Source: Candidatus Poribacteria bacterium
GTDB taxonomy: Bacteria > Poribacteria > WGA-4E > WGA-3G
Assembly: GCA_963667365.1 (NCBI GenBank)
Contig: OY763324.1
Coordinates: 534,433-598,432, forward strand
Length of the DNA stretch: 64,000 nucleotides
Direction: 5' to 3'
Below, piece after piece: positions 60,356 through 64,000 of the stretch. The notes under the pieces were generated by a model that saw nothing but the letters and a program-made list of their open reading frames with translations, ran no database searches and was not told the origin of the DNA. Position numbers and translations under genes: made by a program. Position 1 is the stretch's first letter; each line of letters begins with the position of its first letter.

Positions 60356-61868
60356 GCATTTCATCCTTATGTATTTGGATATAATATATTATGCCGATGA
60401 TAAACCAAAAAAGCAATAATGAACGGTGATGGAATATGTAATCTGCTATTCCGTAGACAAGCACTGAGATCAGAAATCCGCTTCCTCCGATAAATACCCC
60501 TATACTCCAAAAATCACCTTCAGTCTTCATACTGGAACGATATTCCCATATCCGCTTCCAAAATTGACCAATCATCCACAAAAACAGAATGAGGGCAGGA
60601 ATACCTTGTTCAACAGCGATATGCAGATAAATGTTATGAGCATGAAAAGGGACATCATGCATATTAGGTAGTGCATTTAATTGTGCTTCATAGCGAAACC
60701 TACCCGGTCCAATTCCTGTAATAGGATATTTCTGTATAAGTTCGAGTGATGTCTGCCACCACTGTGGACGTTCTCCCATAAAACCCATTGGTCGTTCAAT
60801 CATAGTGTTAAAACGTGTTTTGATATGGTTAGGCATCAGAAATATAGATAAACCAATAACCGTTATCAACAGAACGGTGCCAATTAACACACGCTTTATA
60901 GCATCTACAGTAGATTCTAATCCTGATAACCTACGGACAACCAAGTAACAACAGATACATAATGTCGCGAAAGCAACACCTACCCAAGCACCACGCGTGA
61001 GGGTTAACAACAGATTCGCGCTCATCATGGCAACAACTACTCCCAGCATTAAGATTACCCATAATCCATTTTTCTGAGTGCGTAGAGATTGCCAGCTTGC
61101 AACAAAATAACCAATTACAAATGGAAGACTGAGGGCAAGATATGCACCGAGGTAATTTGGTGCCTTGAAAGTTCCAGCGAGACGTTGTTCAATCATATAT
61201 ACCATAAGGTCCGTTTCATGCTTTCGGACTAAGTAGCGTCTATTTCTCGCTAAGTCATCTATCCGCCATTCATTAGTTAATTTTGTTTTCAAGATAGACG
61301 CGCTCTGGGTAAGTGGTATGTTGATCTGACGCAATTCAGCACGTAATTCATCCGAAAATCCTTCCCTTGCCGAAAGTTCTCCCTGATATTCTGATCCGAC
61401 TCGTCCCATCAAACTGAGTGCTAATCCTGTGTCGTTTAAGTAGGACAAGAGACCAAGGAATGATGAGACACCCACAGAGACAAAAAAAGCGATAAGGACA
61501 TGACGCAACCGAATTCCCAGACGGCAGTGTATAACAGCATAAAAAAGCAGAACTGCACGAAGTAGTTTCCAAAAATAACCGAGACTACTCGTGTCAGGAT
61601 GTGGTGCAAAAATTGAGGCAGCTAATGCTATTCCTAAAAATAGTACAATGGGAACATCAAGAGGAGTACGATGCCAGTTGAGTTTACACTCAAAAATGAT
61701 GCGTCCTACCCATCCAAATAGGACAAGCGACATACCTATGTTTAAATACAACGATGTATAGTCGAATGGGAGTGATAGGACAAAGATTAAAAATCCGATG
61801 TAGACCGAAAATGTGAAAAAATTTGCTAACGTGAAATTTGATTTCAATGAAGATTTTAATTTTAACAT
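60330..61868 (-). CDS. O-antigen ligase (WaaL/Wzy_C) family membrane protein
   Basis: Multiple TMs, RLAGTF..PNYLG, LTRGAW, ER..WW, GIGPG, HAHN.YL. Confidence 0.88.
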   Translation of the reverse strand: MLKLKSSLKSNFTLANFFTFSVYIGFLIFVLSLPFDYTSLYLNIGMSLVLFGWVGRIIFECKLNWHRTPLDVPIVLFLGIALAASIFAPHPDTSSLGYFWKLLRAVLLFYAVIHCRLGIRLRHVLIAFFVSVGVSSFLGLLSYLNDTGLALSLMGRVGSEYQGELSAREGFSDELRAELRQINIPLTQSASILKTKLTNEWRIDDLARNRRYLVRKHETDLMVYMIEQRLAGTFKAPNYLGAYLALSLPFVIGYFVASWQSLRTQKNGLWVILMLGVVVAMMSANLLLTLTRGAWVGVAFATLCICCYLVVRRLSGLESTVDAIKRVLIGTVLLITVIGLSIFLMPNHIKTRFNTMIERPMGFMGERPQWWQTSLELIQKYPITGIGPGRFRYEAQLNALPNMHDVPFHAHNIYLHIAVEQGIPALILFLWMIGQFWKRIWEYRSSMKTEGDFWSIGVFIGGSGFLISVLVYGIADYIFHHRSLLLFWFIIGIIYYIQIHKDEMHEKRLETN

Positions 61869-61974
61869 AAATGCTGTTACAGATTTATTCAGAAAAACTT
61901 AACTATATCCTTGTCAAATTCCATATTACATGATAGAATTCTATAAATTACCCATTACCATTGGAGGTTTGCTA

Positions 61975-63201
61975 ATGCGTTTAACACGTGTCCTTCTAAC
62001 ATTAATTGTTTCGCTATTTCTAATCGGTTTCTTTGTTCCATCCTCTTCATTTGGTTTCATTGAACGTGAGTATACAATTCGCGAAGTTATTGATGCCTGC
62101 ACAAATATCGTTTTCGGTGAAGTGGAAACTGTTAATACTCGGCGGCTACAGGCAGTCATTAAAGTCAAAGAAGATGTAAAAGGCAAAAGTTATTTAAAAG
62201 AAATAAAGATGAATTTTTCCACAGGACAATATAAACAGAACACCTCACCTCAAAAGATGGTTCGTCTGCTAAAAGAAGGCATGCCGATTATCGTGTTTTA
62301 TCGTGAACATTACGGTATTGATAGTATGTGTTTTATAGATAACACATGGTTCCAAATGCGTGGTTATCAAGGTAGACGCAGCAATTCAAACAGAAACAGC
62401 GGTTCATGGTGGAGTTTCACGCACATTGACCCGATGATGTCACGCACTTATGATGGCAAAACGATAGCGTTCCAACAGGCTGTACGGGACATGATAGATG
62501 GTAAGATGTGGGTTGTCGCACCGAAAAATGCGGTAAAAGTTCTTGTTCTAACTGGAAATAGTACTGCCACAACTTGGGGGCAAACCTATGTCCACACAAA
62601 TAGTATGACGTACGAATACAAGGCATTACGTGATATAAAAAAGGTTGGTAAACGTCCAGTGGCTTATGAATCTACCAAAATGCGATCGCTGCCAAACTTA
62701 AAAGATGCAGATATTTTATGGATTGGATATGAAGAGATCTCCAGTTTTGGTCGGTACCTCCTTACCAATACAACTGATAAAAAAATCAAAGACTTCGTCA
62801 ATGGTGGTGGTATTGTAGTCGTTTCAGGACAAGACAGTACTCCGATAAAACCGTGTGGAATCGGATGGTTGCAAGGCAATTTGACAGGTGTTGAAAGTCC
62901 ACCAGATAGATATTTTGTTGTTACAGATAAGTCTGAATCCCTCTTTTCCAAACCCAACAAAATTCAATCAGGTAGAATCTATATTGATGATGCATGGGTG
63001 GATTGGGAAAGTAGCGATAAGATATTTGCAACTACCCAAGAACGTAACGAACTCGTCATTGGTGCACGTAAATATGGAAAGGGTCTTTACCTTATTACAA
63101 GCCTTCGCAACGACAGCCAATATACGGTATCCATGAATAAATTACTTATGGAAAATGTAATCCACTATGCTGTTAATCAGATTGAGCAGCAGAAGCGGTG
63201 A
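61975..63201 (+). CDS. Exported hypothetical protein
   Basis: GGAGG RBS, signal peptide MRLTRVLL...SSFG; C-terminal alpha/beta region resembling a glutamine-amidotransferase-like fold. Confidence 0.75.
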   Translation: MRLTRVLLTLIVSLFLIGFFVPSSSFGFIEREYTIREVIDACTNIVFGEVETVNTRRLQAVIKVKEDVKGKSYLKEIKMNFSTGQYKQNTSPQKMVRLLKEGMPIIVFYREHYGIDSMCFIDNTWFQMRGYQGRRSNSNRNSGSWWSFTHIDPMMSRTYDGKTIAFQQAVRDMIDGKMWVVAPKNAVKVLVLTGNSTATTWGQTYVHTNSMTYEYKALRDIKKVGKRPVAYESTKMRSLPNLKDADILWIGYEEISSFGRYLLTNTTDKKIKDFVNGGGIVVVSGQDSTPIKPCGIGWLQGNLTGVESPPDRYFVVTDKSESLFSKPNKIQSGRIYIDDAWVDWESSDKIFATTQERNELVIGARKYGKGLYLITSLRNDSQYTVSMNKLLMENVIHYAVNQIEQQKR

Positions 63202-63227
63202 TTCAACCAGATTGATTTCCTCATACA

Positions 63228-64000
63228 CTACAGAAACTTTGCCACTACTAAAGTAATATCATCATGAAGACTTTCGCCTTGCTGAAAGGTTTCAAGATCA
63301 GAAAGGATTGCCTTCCTTATTTCAACTGGAGACAGATGTCGCTTTTTATACAGTAGGTTTTTGAATCGTTCAAGTCCATACATCTCTGTATCTGCATTAA
63401 AGGTTTCAGTGATTCCATCCGAATAAAGCACAAGTAGGTCGCCAGATTCCCATGTCGTTTCTGTACTGTGGTAGTGTGTAACTGGGTTTTGGTCCGGTAA
63501 AGCGATACCTACAGGTGTAAATTGCGATTCCAACTCAATAAACTCATCGCTGTTTGTCCGAAAAAGAAGCATCGCTGGGTGTCCAGCATTCGCAAACTCA
63601 AAACGATTGTCCAAATGGATGATAACATAACAGCATGTCATATAGATGAAGGTTTGTGCATCCTCATCGGTAACTCGTTTGATAGCCTTCATCACCTCTG
63701 GCACTGATGCATCAAAACGTATTTGTGTCTGTATGCAGCTTTTCGTCATTGCGGCAACCATAGCGGAATGAAACCCGTGTCCCATAACATCCCCGATAAA
63801 AATCCCAACCTGTTTGTTTGGTAGATATAGGTAATCGTAATAATCACCCCCAACACTGTTTGTCGGTTTACAATATCCAGCAGAGGTGATACACGGGTGT
63901 ACTATCTCTTCGTTTGGCAAAATCGATTGTTGTACCTCGGCGGCAAGCCGCATTGATTCCTCTTGTGCGACCTCTTTGCGGATAGCACTCATCTGAACTT
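63228..64000 (-). CDS. PP2C/SpoIIE family phosphatase (probably 5'-partial)
   Basis: VGGDYYD, IGDVMGHG, NAGHP, YSDGITE, DDITL; frame is still open at the window edge. Confidence 0.88.
   Translation of the reverse strand, partial: VQMSAIRKEVAQEESMRLAAEVQQSILPNEEIVHPCITSAGYCKPTNSVGGDYYDYLYLPNKQVGIFIGDVMGHGFHSAMVAAMTKSCIQTQIRFDASVPEVMKAIKRVTDEDAQTFIYMTCCYVIIHLDNRFEFANAGHPAMLLFRTNSDEFIELESQFTPVGIALPDQNPVTHYHSTETTWESGDLLVLYSDGITETFNADTEMYGLERFKNLLYKKRHLSPVEIRKAILSDLETFQQGESLHDDITLVVAKFL

Noticed and set aside
1-64000. rRNA, tRNA, integrase, transposase or prophage structural genes
   Set aside because: No recognisable sequence or motifs found

Overview
64 kb of AT-rich bacterial chromosome with dense coding. 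The gene content (internalin-like LRR proteins, WD40 proteins with an 'LPxGAIxRxG' N-terminus, four PhyH-like dioxygenases, several Gfo/Idh/MocA and TIM-barrel sugar isomerases, Planctomycete-type DUF1549/DUF1553/DUF1501 genes, a C-terminal 'VEAKDKLVTTWGKLK' tail) suggests Candidatus Poribacteria, a sponge symbiont. That assignment is inference, not a database result. No rRNA, tRNA, CRISPR array or intact transposase was seen. Housekeeping genes recognised: lon, fumC, rpiA, bioF-like, rfbB and a rhamnose isomerase. Best leads: (1) two tandem Fe(II)/2-oxoglutarate enzymes with H-C-A in place of the H-x-D iron motif, the hallmark of radical halogenases, while the two other PhyH genes in the window keep H-x-D; (2) a Doc-type toxin preceded by a TPR protein ending in an antitoxin-like helix, where the usual ATGA overlap reads ATAA; (3) an ABC-ATPase plus DUF4276/TOPRIM-like pair with PARIS-like architecture; (4) an ASRT-domain fusion with no rhodopsin nearby; (5) a duplicated LRR-DUF1501 module behind a giant cytochrome c/DUF1553 protein with a 125-aa EAAK/acidic insert; (6) apparent pseudo-enzymes (CapA-like, RhaD-like), a MITE-like 19-bp inverted repeat and two gene remnants. 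All family assignments come from motif recognition by eye.
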